From NCBI RefSeq assembly GCF_020745735.1, contig NC_083412.1, forward strand, positions 63,206,320 to 63,270,319: 64,000 bases of DNA, given 5' to 3'. Below, one piece after another: positions 40,312-53,364 of this stretch. Made by a program: the position numbers and the translations under genes. This stretch comes from Hemiscyllium ocellatum. Taxonomy: Eukaryota. Under the pieces are notes generated by a model. That model saw only the letters and a program-made list of their open reading frames with translations. It made no database searches and was not told the DNA's origin. The stretch's first letter is position 1; each line of letters starts with the position of its first letter.

Positions 40312-40899
40312 TAACCTAAGGTGGAATATTGTACAGAAGAAATAAAGGTATTATCTCAAAGGAATTGAGATATATTAAAGCTTATTGTACAAACCAACAA
40401 GGAATCGGTGGAAGGAAAGAGATGTGCTCAACAAGCCAAACATCAGCAACAAATTCAAGGACCACATGAGTCAGTGTATTTTGTAATGAGTACCAAGCTG
40501 AGCAAGCTAGAGAACTGCTGACACGTGGCATCCCAGATAGGTCATGTATGAAACCAGGATTAGCCCTTTTCAATCTCGCAGGAACTGATCATCTTGCCAC
40601 AATAGACTACTACTCTGACAACTGGAAGGAGTCCATCTGACAACTGGAAGGAGTCCAGCTGACAACTATCGAGACTGTTGAATACTGAAAGCACACTTCA
40701 GCTGTTGTTGTATTCCCAACATTGGAATGAGCAAATCCGTTCATGAGTAAACAAATCAGCTACTTCATCAATGATTGATACATTCAACACCATACATCAT
40801 TTCCACATCAACCCCAGCCAAATGGAAAGGCTAAATCAGCTACTCCAGGTTATCACAGGTTTCTTCAGACCTCCAGGTCATCCTATGTTCCTTCAGACC

Positions 40900-41506
40900 T
40901 CCAGAATGGACACGCAGCACCAACATCTTTTGGCACATTGACTTTGCTAGTTGTTTGAAGCAGGTGTGGAGTGGATATTGCAGGAAAGACACAGCTGGTC
41001 GAACCACTTAGTTTTAAACAAAACAGAATGTATTTACATGATCACGGAATGAAACACAAACAAAAGAGAACAGAGAAACGTAATCTACCGAAAACCCAAC
41101 AGATTATCCCAATTTAATTATGCTGTTCCAAATACTTGCAACAATTCCCATAAATACCCCTTGGCACAAAACAGTAAAATCAAACACAGGGTCTTACAGG
41201 AGAGAGGGAGATGGCAGGGGAACTCAGCATGGAACACCTTCTTTTAGGTAGCTGTTTCTTGGACCAGCAGCCTCATACTGAATTGTCTGCTTTCAGTGAA
41301 CAGCCAGACGGTTAAAACTAAACCAAACCCAACCAAACCAGTGAAGCTGAGCTGGGAGAACCCACCACTCCCCTTTCATTTTTTTTTTAAAGTTGAAAGC
41401 ATTCTCAAGTAGATCAAACCCAGACACTTCAGAGTCTGAGTCTTCATGACTTCCTAAAAAGAAACAAGGACAACCTAACCTTATTAAAGGAGCAGCATCA
41501 TCACAC
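40900..41506 (-). mobile_element. LTR related to the Gmr1-type LTR at 59712-60234
   Basis: Shared blocks tttgcta.ttgttt.aagcaggt and aggacaac..aacctt.ttaaagga.cagcatcatca. Confidence 0.7.
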
Positions 41507-43039
41507 ATTCCACATCCACTGACACTAGCATCTGATACATACTTGCCTCACCACATCATCATGGCACATCTTTAATTTACCTAAAGTCTGCTTCTGCACT
41601 TCAATACTGCATCTTGGGAGCACACCAGCACATAATATTGCATTGCAGCTGCAAGAACACTTGCACGCATAGACAGACACCCATCTCACAGACTGACCCA
41701 GGAAGCATGTCAGCATTTTTTGCTTGCTATCTTAATAATCACTTATTTCATGCTCACAGCATCCCATCCCTGACTTGACCCCTCAGTTCAGTGCTGACAC
41801 GAAGCCAAGCAGCTTGTCAAGGTTAGTGGCAGACTGCAGTCAAGGAGGTGTACATGTTGCTTTACACCACTGTGCTACTTCACTGTTACACCAACACCAT
41901 ATGCCAGTTGCATATGTACCATAGGCTTCAAGCAAATGGCCATATTTCAAAGTCTCAGATGAAAAGTCCTCAGTAAGTCCAGCAAGACAATCTCGAAGCA
42001 TGAAGGTCTCAGCTCAGTATGTCAAGGATAGCCTCCAATATCAATTCCAGGGCTTGGGCATTCATTTGGAACAATCGTGATCAGGGAATCCATACCTGTA
42101 CAGTCCAAAGGATGAGCCACAATCAGCACTTTGAGCCCAGTGCATCCAGTCTTGCAAGTCAATATAGTTGGGGACTTATGCAAATATCAACCAGGTATCT
42201 GGTTAACTGTTGTTTGTGGTTGATTGGCTCAGTCACTCAAGGGGGTGGGCCGTAGTCAGTCCTGGGGATCTGTCTACTATAGCATTTTCGGGGTGGAGAG
42301 AAGTTGAATCTTAATAGTGGCAATTGGAGGCAGAATACTAGAATGCAGAGGGGATTAAAATAGTGAAGGATGCAACTCAATATTTAATATTGGGAGATGA
42401 TAGAGCATTGAATGAAAAGGGGGCAGTGCAGGTTAAAAGGCTTCATCAATTTTTGGCAGCACTCTGGCTTTTTTAGAGACAGAGACTACTAGATCATGTA
42501 TTCTTACTTTACATGCCTGGGACTGGGAGAGTGGAAAGTAAAAAGACAAACATTTAATTAACTAGCTGGGGTGGGAATTTGGGGGAAGTTAGTGGGATTG
42601 ATGAGGAGGGCTAGCAGGATGGGAATGGACTTATTTGGTGTTTCAACAAAAATAAAAATCTGAGCCTCTGTTAAGCCTGCCGCTCAGTTCTAATTCTTTA
42701 AACCATTTGCCTCATTTATCCATTTACTTATACCTATGCTATATTTTTCAAACATTTTGCCCATAAATTTAATGCTGCCCTTAATTATGTTGTTGTTGAG
42801 GGTCAATTTGCATTTGTATGAGTAATATAGTTCTAAAGTAGTTTCCATTTCTCAATTTAAATTTTTGAAGTACTTGCCTTAGAAGTGAATTGGAAACATA
42901 GCCAGTTCATTGAAATAAATGAATATCAAGCCATGAACACTGGAGTGTGCTAAGATGTGTTTTTGTTTGATGCTAGTTCAATGAAGAGAAGCAGTAGCAG
43001 AATGGTCACTTTTCTGAGCTGGTAAATCTAGAGATTAGT

Positions 43040-43275
43040 TAAGATTAGATTCCCTACAGTGAGGAAGCAGGTCCTTCGGCCCAACCAGTCCACACTGACC
43101 CTCCGAAGAGTATTCCACCCAGACCCATTTCCCTATGACTAATGCACCTAACGCATTGGGCAATTTAGCGTGGCAAATTCACCTGACCTACACATCTTTG
43201 GACTGTGGGAGGAAACCGGAGCACCTGGAGGAAACCCACACAGAAATGGGGAGAATGTGCAAACTCCACAGAGAC
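43040..43275 (-). mobile_element. HE1-type SINE, partial
   Basis: Reverse complement of the HE1 body and tail. Confidence 0.8.
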
Positions 43276-44122
43276 TGTATTAAAGATCAGAAGACTTGAA
43301 TTCCCTTGCCACAAAAAAAATGTAAACTTAATTAAATAAATAAACTAGATTTTTTTAAAAACCTTGTTGCATATTTGTCTTTTAGAGACAAATATATGTG
43401 ATTACAAACCTACACCAATGTCTTTGCCATTTTACACTACAGATTCTCCCACTCTGCAGGCAGTTTGTGTGTTATTGACATTTTCTGTTATGTACACCCT
43501 TCGTCAGTCCATGTTATCAGGAATATTTACAAGAACACATGGAAAAACAATATCAACTTTAAGGTAATTCTTTCTTAATCAACTGAATGAAGAAATTAGG
43601 CTGTTTTTCTTGGAAAGGAAAGGACTAAAAGGAGCTTTGATTGAAATTTTCAAAATCATTAGTGATCTGGACAGTGTAACAAGGAGAAACTACTCCCACT
43701 CATTAAAGGACCAAGAATGGGGGGAGGGGCACAGATTTACAATCATTTATAAAAGAAATAATGCAAGGTGAATAAAAGTCACTCGTTATGTGGTTGAGGT
43801 CTGGAATGCAGTGTTTGTGGCATTGACAAGTTCAATTGAGGTATTCAAGAGGGCATTAGTTATTTAAATAGAAATTATATGCAAGTTATGTGGAAAGTGT
43901 AGAAAAATGACAGGAAGTCACGATGACCATTTGGAGAGTTGGCGCAGATGATGGTCCAAATAGCATCCTTCTGCACCAATACAATTGTGATTCTGCAGAT
44001 TTCTTTTAGTAGTTGCATTCAAGAAACGAAGTAATTTAGGATGAGCGATAAAACATATTGTTAACAGGATCCTGAAGAAGGGGTACACCAAAAACTTTGA
44101 CTTCTCAATCACCTGATGCTTC

Positions 44123-44158
44123 ATTCCTGATGAAGGGCTTATGCTCGAAACGTCGAAT
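44123..44158 (+). ncRNA. Minimal type I hammerhead ribozyme motif (intact core)
   Basis: attc-CTGATGA-a-gggc-ttat-gctc-GAAA-cg-TC-gaat: stem I attc/gaat, stem II gggc/gctc, palindromic ACGT stem III, GUC cleavage triplet ending at 44154. Confidence 0.8.
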
Positions 44159-44559
44159 TCTCTATTCCTGAGATGCTGCCTAACCTGCTGTGCTTTGACC
44201 AGCAACACATTTGCAGCAATCACCTGATGCTGCCTGGCTTCCTGTGTTCTTCCAGCCTCCTGCTTGTCTACCTTAACAATATATTGAGCAATCCATTTGG
44301 GTTTGATCAATAATTGGCGTGAGATTGAATGTGCTGATATATTTAACCAAATCTTGCTATTTCGCATCTTTGCCATCTTATCTGTCTGAGGGAGGAAACC
44401 CTGAAAAATAAATAGAGTACAGAAAGCAATGTTACTATGTGACTATACTGCCGAAGAAGGGAATTAATGAGAACAATAAAAAGATTTCCTGAATGTCAAA
44501 ACATGTCCCAGCAATACAAGTCCACCCTTCCACATCCGGTGAAGTGGTATGAAGCTCAG

Positions 44560-44730
44560 AGCAACAAAGTGACGAAAGTGTCACGTGGTCATTCAGCCCG
44601 TGATGATGGTGGCGTCACCGTCTCCTTGGAAACCCCCTCAATATTCCGTCCATGACAGTTGCTGGGCCTCGCACGCAGGCCAGTGACGTATATTTGGATG
44701 GCCCGAGATCCGTTTCTGGGGAAGATGGCG
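44560..44730 (+). promoter_or_regulatory. TAF13 CpG-rich promoter and 5' region
   Basis: CpG enrichment, E-box TCACGTG near 44581, CRE-like GTGACGTA near 44683, and a YY1-like AAGATGGCGG overlapping the ATG. Confidence 0.6.
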
Positions 44731-44751
44731 GATGAAGAGGATGAGCAGCCA
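44725..44751 (+). CDS. TAF13: TAF13 exon 1 (MADEEDEQP)
   Basis: Kozak-context aagATGG and donor CCA|gtgagt; matches the vertebrate TAF13 N-terminus MADEE. Confidence 0.9.
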
Positions 44752-45241
44752 GTGAGTTTGATTTTTGAATTTCGTTCTCTCGGATTGGCAGCAGTGAAAG
44801 CGGTGACATCGAGCTATTGCTAATTTCGGCAGCTATTGTCTGTAGTAAGCAAAAAAAACCCCCAAAAATCAGGAGCTGCAAACAACCCTGCATTTTTGTC
44901 ACCTGTTTAAAAACAAGATTTTGTGTAAGACATGCATAAGTAAAAGATGCTTGAAGGGAAAACGGACTTAGCTGCTGTAGTTCTGATAAAGTCATATTAG
45001 ATTCACAGTGTTAACTCTTCACAGATGATGCTAGGTCTGCTGAGTTTCTTCAGTATTTTGTTTTTAAATTTTCTGTTTCTATTTCTTTTTAGATTTCTGG
45101 CATCTGCAGCAATTTTCACTTTTTGTTTGAGAAAATACCTGTAATGGAGTTTATGCTGTATGAAAGGTGTGAGGTTTGGAGAAACTGGGATTATAGTAGA
45201 ATGGAGATTTTTAAAAATAATTGGACTGTGGGTGTTTTTTT

Positions 45242-45553
45242 TAGATTTAGATTTAGATTAGATTACTTACAGTATGGAAACAGGCCCTTTGGCCCAACAA
45301 GTCCACACCGACCCCCGAAGTGCAACCCACCCATACCCCTACATATACCCCTTACCTAACACTATGGGCAATTTAGCATGGCCAATTCACCTGACCTGCA
45401 CATCTTTGGACTGTGGGAGGAAACCGGAGCACCCGGAGGAAACCCACACACACGGGGCGAACGTGCAAACTCCACACAGTCCGTCACCTGAGGTGGGAAT
45501 TGAACCCAGGTCTCTGGTGCTGAGGCAGCAGTGCTAACCACTGTGCCACCGTG
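45242..45553 (-). mobile_element. HE1-type SINE in TAF13 intron 1
   Basis: Near full-length reverse copy. Confidence 0.9.
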
Positions 45554-45899
45554 CTGCTGTTTTTGACTACTCTTAATTGTTTTGAGAAGGTGATGATCAA
45601 CCACCTTGAACTAGTGCAGTTTTATTGATTTCAAAAATTTACTTTATTTATAAAATATCTTTATGTACATGCAGGGTCCCTAAAGCAGTTCGGTTCTGTC
45701 CAATAATATATGAAGAAGGAAACAAACATTTAAATTTGACTCTATCCAGTAAACCAACTGAACCCTTTTTTTTTAACTTGAATAAGATTACATTTATATG
45801 CATTAGAGTGGCAATGGGCTGGGAGCCAGAGCAGCAAGTGGAGGGATTGAGGGGAAGGTAGATGTTAGGACCAGTAAATCATAAAGAAACTGATAAATG

Positions 45900-48800
45900 A
45901 GAACATGATGGTACTAATGGGCTGAAGTGTGTTTATTTCAGTGTAAGGAGTATTGTAGGTAAGGCAGATGAGTTAGGCAAAAGTGAGGACTGCAGATGCT
46001 GGAAACCAGAGTTTAGATCAGAGTGGTGCTGGAAGAGCATAGCAGGTCAGGCAGCATCCAAGGAGCAGGAAAACTGACATTTTGGGCAAAAGCCCTTCAG
46101 GAATAGAGTTGATGAGTTTATAGCCTGATCAGTACATGGGACTTGATGTTATGGCCATTCGAGAGAGAATGAGAAAGACTGGACTGGCTGCTCAATGTTC
46201 CAGGGTCTCATTGTTTTGGATGAGTGAGAGGAGGGTAAGAGGTAAAGGAGTTGCACTATTAATCAGGGAGAATGTTACATCTATGCTCAGAAGACACCCT
46301 GAAGGGCTCATCCACTGAGGCAATGTGGGTAGAGTGGAAAAATAAGAAGCCAATCACTCTGATAGGATTATACTATATTCTTCCCCCTCTCCCTCCCCCA
46401 ACAGCCTCCAAGAGATTGAGGAACAAATATGAAGGCAGATTATGGAAAGATCCAATAAAAAGAGTTGTCATAGTGGGTGACTTTAACTTCCCCAATATTG
46501 ACTGGGACCCCCTGACAGCAAGAGGCATCCAGGAGGGGTTTTTTTGAAACAGTATGTAAAAGACCAATGAGAGGAGGGACCATTCTGGACATTGAATTGG
46601 CTAATGAGCCTGGCCAGGTGACTGAACCTTCAGTGGGAGAGCATTTTGGAAACTGAGATCACAGCTGTTTACGTTTTAAGATAGCTGTGAACAAGGATAA
46701 GTCACGACCTTGTGAGAAGGTGTTAAACTGGGAAAAGCCAATTATCAATATTAGGCCAATAGCTAGGGAATGTTAATTGGGAGGAGCTATTATCAGACAA
46801 GTCCACATTTGACATGTGGGAATTGTTTTAAAAACCTGCTGATGAGAGTTCAAGACTAGCATGTTCCAGTGAGGTGGAAGGACAAGGATGGCAAGGCAAG
46901 GGATCATTGGATAATGAGGGTGGTTGTGAATTTAGTTGAAAGGAAAAAAGAAGCATATGTAAGGTTATAAGAAATTGCAGCAGGACCTTGATCAGCTGAA
47001 AAATTTGAGAAATGGCAAATGAAGTTTAATATAGATGTGTGAGATGTTGCATTTTGGAAAGTAAAATCAAGGTAGGAGTTTCATGGTGAATGGACTGTAG
47101 TGGGACAGAGGGACCTTGGAGTTCAGATGCAAGGTTGTGTGAAAGTGGTGTCACAAGTAGACAGTGAAGATGACTTTTGGCACACTGGCCTTCATCAATC
47201 AGGGCATAAGTATAGAAGTTCTGCTGCACTCTTGCAGGATGTTGGCGAAGTTACTGTTGGAGTATTGTGTTCAGTTTTGGTCATCTTGCCATGGGAAGGA
47301 TATTATCAAACTGGAAAAGAGTGCTGAAGAAATTTACAAAGACGTTGCCAAGGCACTCTGATCTGAGTTACGGTGAGATGTTGGACAAGCTAGGACTTTG
47401 AGAGTGTAGCAGACTGAGGGGGGATCTTTTTGAAGTGTGTAAGTTCATGAGAGGCATGGATAGGATGAATGCATTCAGTATTTTCCCAGGATTGGAGAAT
47501 CAAGGATTAGAGGGAATCAGTATAAGGTTAGGGGGGAAAGAATAAGAGAACCTGAAGGGCAACTTTTTTTACACACAGAGCTCATTGCACATGCTTGTAC
47601 CCTATGAGCTGGAGTGGTTGAGGTGTGTGCATTATCCAAATGCCTTTTAAATGTTGATAAATACATGGGTAGGAAAGCTTTAGAAAGGTATGGGCCAAGT
47701 GCAGGGAAATGGGGATAGTGCTGATGGGCATTTTGGTTGTCATGGACCAATTTGGGCCAAAGGGCCTGTCTTTGTGCCGTCGGGCTCTGACTGTACATAA
47801 AGTTTAGGAAGCTAAAATCGGATAGGGTCCATGAGGGATATACAGAAAGCAGAGAATCAGAGCAAGAAGGGGCCATGGAATGATCTTGGCAAGTAAGATT
47901 AAAGAGAATTTCAAAGCATTTTGTAGATACGTTTAAAAATTTTAAGATAACTAGGAAGAAGGTAAGACCACTCGAGGATAAAGGAGGAACCTTGTGCTTG
48001 GAGCTGGAGGATGTAAGTCAGATCCTGTGTGAGTACTTTGCATCGGTATTCAGCCAGGAGAAGGTAATGGAGGATAGTGAGATTTGAGTGGAGCATGCTA
48101 ACATGCGAAGGCATTTTTAGATCGATAACGAAGTGGTTTTGAATCTCCTGAAGAGCTTTAAGGTGGATAAATCCCCAGGGGCTGATGGTCTCTATCCCAG
48201 GTTACTGAGAGAGGCCTTGACCAAGATATTTATATCCTTGCTAGACACTGGAGGACTGGCGAGTAGCTAATGTTGTTCCTCTGCACCAGAAGGGAAATAG
48301 TTTCCTGGATTATCCCTATAGACCGCTGTGTCTCACATCGATGATTGGGAATCTATATTTGAGAGAATTCTTAAGGATAGCATTTACACAAATTTGGAAA
48401 AGCATGACTTAATTAGGGACAGTCAGCATGGCTTTGTGCAGGGCATGTCATGTCTTACCAACTTGATTGCATTTTTTGAGGTGGTGACTAAGGTAATCGA
48501 TGGTAGAGCAGTGGCTGTTGTTCACGTGGATTTTAGTAAGGCTTTTGAAAAAAATCCCTCTTAGTAGGCTTATCCAGAAGATTAAAATGCATGGGGTCTA
48601 TGGTGACTTGTCCACGTGAATTCAGAATTGGCTTGCCCTTAGAAGACGGATCATGGTGGAAGGATGGTTTTCAGGGTGGAGGTCTGTGACTAGTTGTGTT
48701 CTGCGAGGATCAGTACTGGGACCTCTTTGTGGTATGTAAATGACTTCAATAAAAGTTAAGATGGGTGGGTTAGTAATATGGTGGCTGTGAGTTGTGGATA

Positions 48801-49750
48801 GTGTAAAAAACTGTCTAAGCATACAGCGGGATAGAGATCAGATGCAGACATGGGCAGAGAGATGACAGCTGGAGTTTAGATTAGATTACTTTCAGTATGG
48901 AAACAGGCCCTTCGGCCCAACAAGTCCACATTGAACCGCCGAAGCGCAACCCACCCATACATTTACCCGTTTACCTAACACTACGGGCAATTTAGCATGG
49001 CCAATTCACCTGACCCACACATCTTTGGACTGTGGGAGGAAACCGGAGCACCCGGAGGAAACCCACGCAGACATGGGGAGAATGTGCAAACTCCACACAG
49101 TCAGTCGCCTGAGTCGGGAATTGAACCGGAGTTTAATCCGGACGAGTATGAAATGTTGTGCTTTGGGAGATCAAATGTTAAGGAAAAATATACAATTAAT
49201 GGCAGGAATCTTAGTAGCTTTGATGTACAGAAGGATCTTGGGGTTCAAGTTCATAGTTCCCTGAAAGTGACCACACAAGTAGATAGGGTGGTAATGAAAG
49301 CATATGGCACGCTTGCCTTTATTGGTTGAGGAACTAAGTACAAGAGTCAAGATGTCGTGTTGCAACTTTATAAGACTTTGGTTAGGCCACGCTTAGGATA
49401 TTGCATTCAATTCTGGTCACCACATTAAAGGAAGGATGTGGAGGCTTTGGAGAGGCTACAGAAGAGGTTTACAGGATTGCTGCGTGGATTAGAAGATGAG
49501 TTATAAGGAGAGGCCAGTAAAACTCAGACTGTTTTCTCTTGAGTTGCCACATCTGAGGGGAGACTTTTGAGGGAAAAATTTTTTTTTAAGTGGTAGGAAT
49601 CTAGAATGCATTGCCAGAGATAGTGTTTGAGGCAGATACAATAAGGGCATTTAAGGGACTTTTAGATAAGCAAATGAATATGCAAGAACAGTGGGTTGTG
49701 GACCTTGAGCAAGCAGAAGGGGTTTATTTAATGTCATGTTCAGCACGTTC
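45900..49750 (+). mobile_element. Degenerate CR1 LINE (endonuclease and RT) with nested CR1, short repeat and HE1 inserts
   Basis: IVGDFNFPNIDW (APE endonuclease) and SQHGFVQGMSCLTNLIAFF. An inner CR1 lies at ~46980-47790, and an HE1 at 48879-49127 is flanked by the 8-bp duplication GGAGTTTA. Confidence 0.85.
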
Positions 49751-49759
49751 TATATATTT

Positions 49760-50210
49760 GAGGTATCAGGAGGGTCCAATAACTGAATAGACCCCCCTTT
49801 AACTTCGGCAGAAAGACGTCAGACAGTGGTCTTTCCCCACTGAGTCTTGGTGGCAGCTGACCCAAGTTTTAGTGCATACTTCAGCATGTAGTTCTGGACC
49901 TTTGAAATGTGCCTGTCTGCAACATTTGATCAGGGTCAACTCCTTTCTCTCCTTTCAACCAGACTAATAAGTATCTTTCACTGATTTTATGGTCCTCCAG
50001 GTGCATTCTGGGGAACCGACCATAGACCACAGACTCCTACGTCACAGAGCTGCTCAGGATGAACCTTGACCAAAGTCACTGCATCCTTGTCCAGATTTCC
50101 TTTGCACAGGAACATTCTAACAGATGTGTAACATACTCTACCTCCCAGCCAACTCAAGGGTAGTGCATGGTGGTGCAGAGCCTATGGGCCTACATGAAGG
50201 ATCTCATAGG
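49760..50210 (-). mobile_element. Possible Tx1/L1-like LINE 3' fragment
   Basis: Degenerate C-terminal coding remnant; family recognised only loosely. Confidence 0.35.
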
Positions 50211-50219
50211 TATTTTTTA

Positions 50220-51470
50220 AACTTATTTTTATTCCATACCTAGGTACAGTGAAAAGTTTGTTTTGCAGTACAGGCAGATCATACATAAAAAGTGCATAAG
50301 GGTGTATTTCTCGCTGTTTCAATGTTACAGCTGCAGAGGAGATGTACAAAGAGTGGGTCAACATTAAGTTTGAAAGGTCCATTCAGAACTCTTCTAATAA
50401 TAGCAGTGAAGAAACTGTTCTTGAATCTGTTGGTCCATGTGTTTAAGCTTTTGGATTTTCTGCCGAATAGAAGAGATTATAACTGGGGTGGGAGGAGTCT
50501 TTGATAATGCTGGCTACCTTTCTGATGCAGTGAGATGAAGTCAGTGCGTGAAAGATTGGCTTGGGATGTGTTCAACAACTCTTCGTAATTTCTTATGGTC
50601 CTGGGCAGAGAAGCTGTCATACCAAGCACTGATACATCTGGATAGAATACTTTCTATGCTGTATCTATAAAATTCGGTTAGTCTTTATAGACATGCTGAA
50701 TTTCCTTAACTTCCTGAGGAAGTGGAGGCATTGTTGATGCGACTATCAAGAAAGCACAACATGAGTGAACCAGGATGGATTGTTGGTGATCATCATTCCT
50801 AGGAACTTGATACTCTCTGCTATTATCCACTTCAGCGCCATTGATTTTGATAGGGGCATGCCTTCCACCTTGCTTTCTGAAGTAGATGACCAGCTCTTTC
50901 ATTTTGCTGACGTTGGAGGGATTGTTACCTTTTACACCACACCACCATCATTTGAGATCTGGCCTACAATGAAGGTGTCATCAGCGAACATGAAGATGGA
51001 GTTCGGATGAAATTAAGCCATGAGTATAGTAAAGGGCTGAATAAGCAGCCTTGTGGGGCACCAGTGTTGAGGATCGTGGTGGAGGAAATGCTATTGCCTG
51101 TTCTCGCTGATTTGCAGTCAATGGGTCAGGAAGTCAAGGATCCAGTTGCATAGGGCAGAGCAGAGGCCTAGACCTCAGATTTTAGAGATTAGTTGGTTGA
51201 AATTAGTGTTGACTACAGCTCCGCCTTCAATAAACATGAGCCTGAAGTAGGTATGCTAAATTATCCAGATGTTCCACGGGCGAGAGTCTGACCAGGGCGA
51301 TGGCTCTGCTATGGACCTGCTTTGATAATATGCGAATTACAAAGGATCAAGGCAGGCTGGGAGGTCTGATGAGCCATGACTAAACCCTCAAAACTTCTTC
51401 ATAATTATGGAGGTCAGGTAGTCATTGAGGCACATTGCATGAGTTTTCTCTGGTACCGGGATGATGGTGG
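50220..51470 (-). mobile_element. Rex1/Babar-like LINE fragment
   Basis: KELVIYFRK...PIKINGAEV, MFADDT, and LMFI(DYSSAF)N with its core micro-inverted. Confidence 0.7.
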
Positions 51471-53364
51471 TAGTCCTTTAAAGTGTCCTTCTCACCACCA
51501 GCAAAGTGATGTCTTGGTGCTTGCTGGAAAGTTCTGGTGATGAGGCATTCTGCCAAATGACTTTGACCATCTGTTCAAGGAACAACAGGATCCACCCTGC
51601 AGGGTCTCGAGGACACTGTTCTGACCACTTGCAGTCTGTGGTTCTGGATTAGTGGTGCTGGAAGAGCACAGCAGTTCAGGCAGCATCCAAGGAGCAGTGA
51701 AATCAATGTTTCAGGCAAAAGCCCTTCATCAGGAATAAAAGGCAGTGAGCCTGAAGCATGGAGAGATAAGCTGGTGGGGGTCGGGAGTAAGTAACATAGA
51801 GTACAGTGGGTGAGTGGGGAAGGGGATGAAGGTGATAGGGTCTGTACTGTTTGTCCTGTTTGTAACTCTGCTGGTTTTTAACCTCACTTCCAGTCCATGA
51901 TGTACGTAGTGTTAGGAAGAAAGTTCCAATATTTTTATGAAATGACAGTGAAAGAACAGTGATACTTTCAAGTTAGGATGGTGTGTGAAATGGAGTGGAA
52001 CTTGCAGTGATGGTCTGGTCATGAGCCAGTCCTTTGAGGTGGTAGAGATCATAAGTTTGGGAAATGCTTTTGATGACGCCTTGGTAAATTGCACCTTCAT
52101 TTTTTTTTTGCTTGTTCTTTCCTGTTGCTTAATTGATACCTCATTCACCCAAACTCTGCAATTACCTTCTGTTGTGCATTATACCTTAAATTTCAGACTG
52201 AAACTCTCACCACAGCATTATTCAATTTTTTAAAAATATATTCTCATGTTGATTCAGCTTTTTCCTAATTTGAAGAAAAATTAAAATCTTAAACACTTCT
52301 GCTTAAATTGACATAAACTTGTATTGTTTTGTTTAAATTTGATCAAATCATTATACTTATATTTTACACATTTTCTGAAGCCACCATCAATTTGTACGTT
52401 TCAAGTTTGTATTTCTTAGGAGAATGCATCAATACATTCAGTCATTTGTATCATTGATTACATGAAGAGCAGTCAGAGCCAAGAGTTTGAATTAGTTTTC
52501 TGGATCTTGATTTGTAGGATTAATTATACTTTGATATCGAGGAGGAAGCTCACTACATTGATCATATCAGTTATGCCTTAATTCATGACTGAGTTGCTGT
52601 GCTTTGAGAGAGGCCAGGCAGCTGGTTGGATTGTGAACAGGTTGTGTTGGGTTTAAGATTGGATCCCTGATTCTTAATGTTTTCACAGTTGTGACAAACA
52701 CACCCCATTTTCATATTTCCCACATTCATTTGGAGGAAACTAAATGCTACACTGATTAAAACTAGTCTTTCTCCCATTTTTTTTTGCAGTTCTGAAAATA
52801 TTTTTCAAGTTAAGGATGAAAGGGTTGCAATGAACTGATCTCTGGGAACACACGTGGTAAAGAATGGGGAAGTAGGGTGTTGGCATGGTGTTGGATTGCC
52901 ATGTTAAGGAAGGGATGGGGAATGGTGCGGTTGGTTAGGTTAGAATTGAGCATGAAACAGTCACTTGTTCACAGTGGGGAAGGGGAATAGTATATTTGTG
53001 GAGGAGGCTGATGGTGGTCGCTGGAAACTGCAGATTATGGAGCTATAACAAAATGGGAAATGAGACTTAATAGAGAAAGCTTGGGATGGGTAACTACATC
53101 CAGGGAACAAGTTAGCAACCAGTGTGTGGATTGGAATGGGATACTTGCAGCTAATGGGATTAGTGACCAGAATTGAAATCCTGGATTGATGGTCAATTGC
53201 TTCCTGTGGAAGGGCATGTAGTCAAGAATCTTGTTTGTTGTGGCCACATGATTTCAAAGAAATCAAGTCTTGAGACTGTTCACTTATTTTAACATATAAT
53301 TGAAAGTAACCTGAGTGCTGCCTTTTGAATTACAATAGTAGACAAGAATTTTGAAATTCAGTGG

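Larger units (their letters stand above)
32050..40850 (+). mobile_element. Degenerate Ty3/Gypsy retrotransposon, host of several nested insertions
   Basis: RT remnants (LGCLSGEYHLEVD; TTYWMPFGSYRWLCVPVGIS), RNase H (LAIVFACKHFHQYLLG, ~34275) and integrase (~40320-40840). The reading frame resumes across each insertion. Confidence 0.8.
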
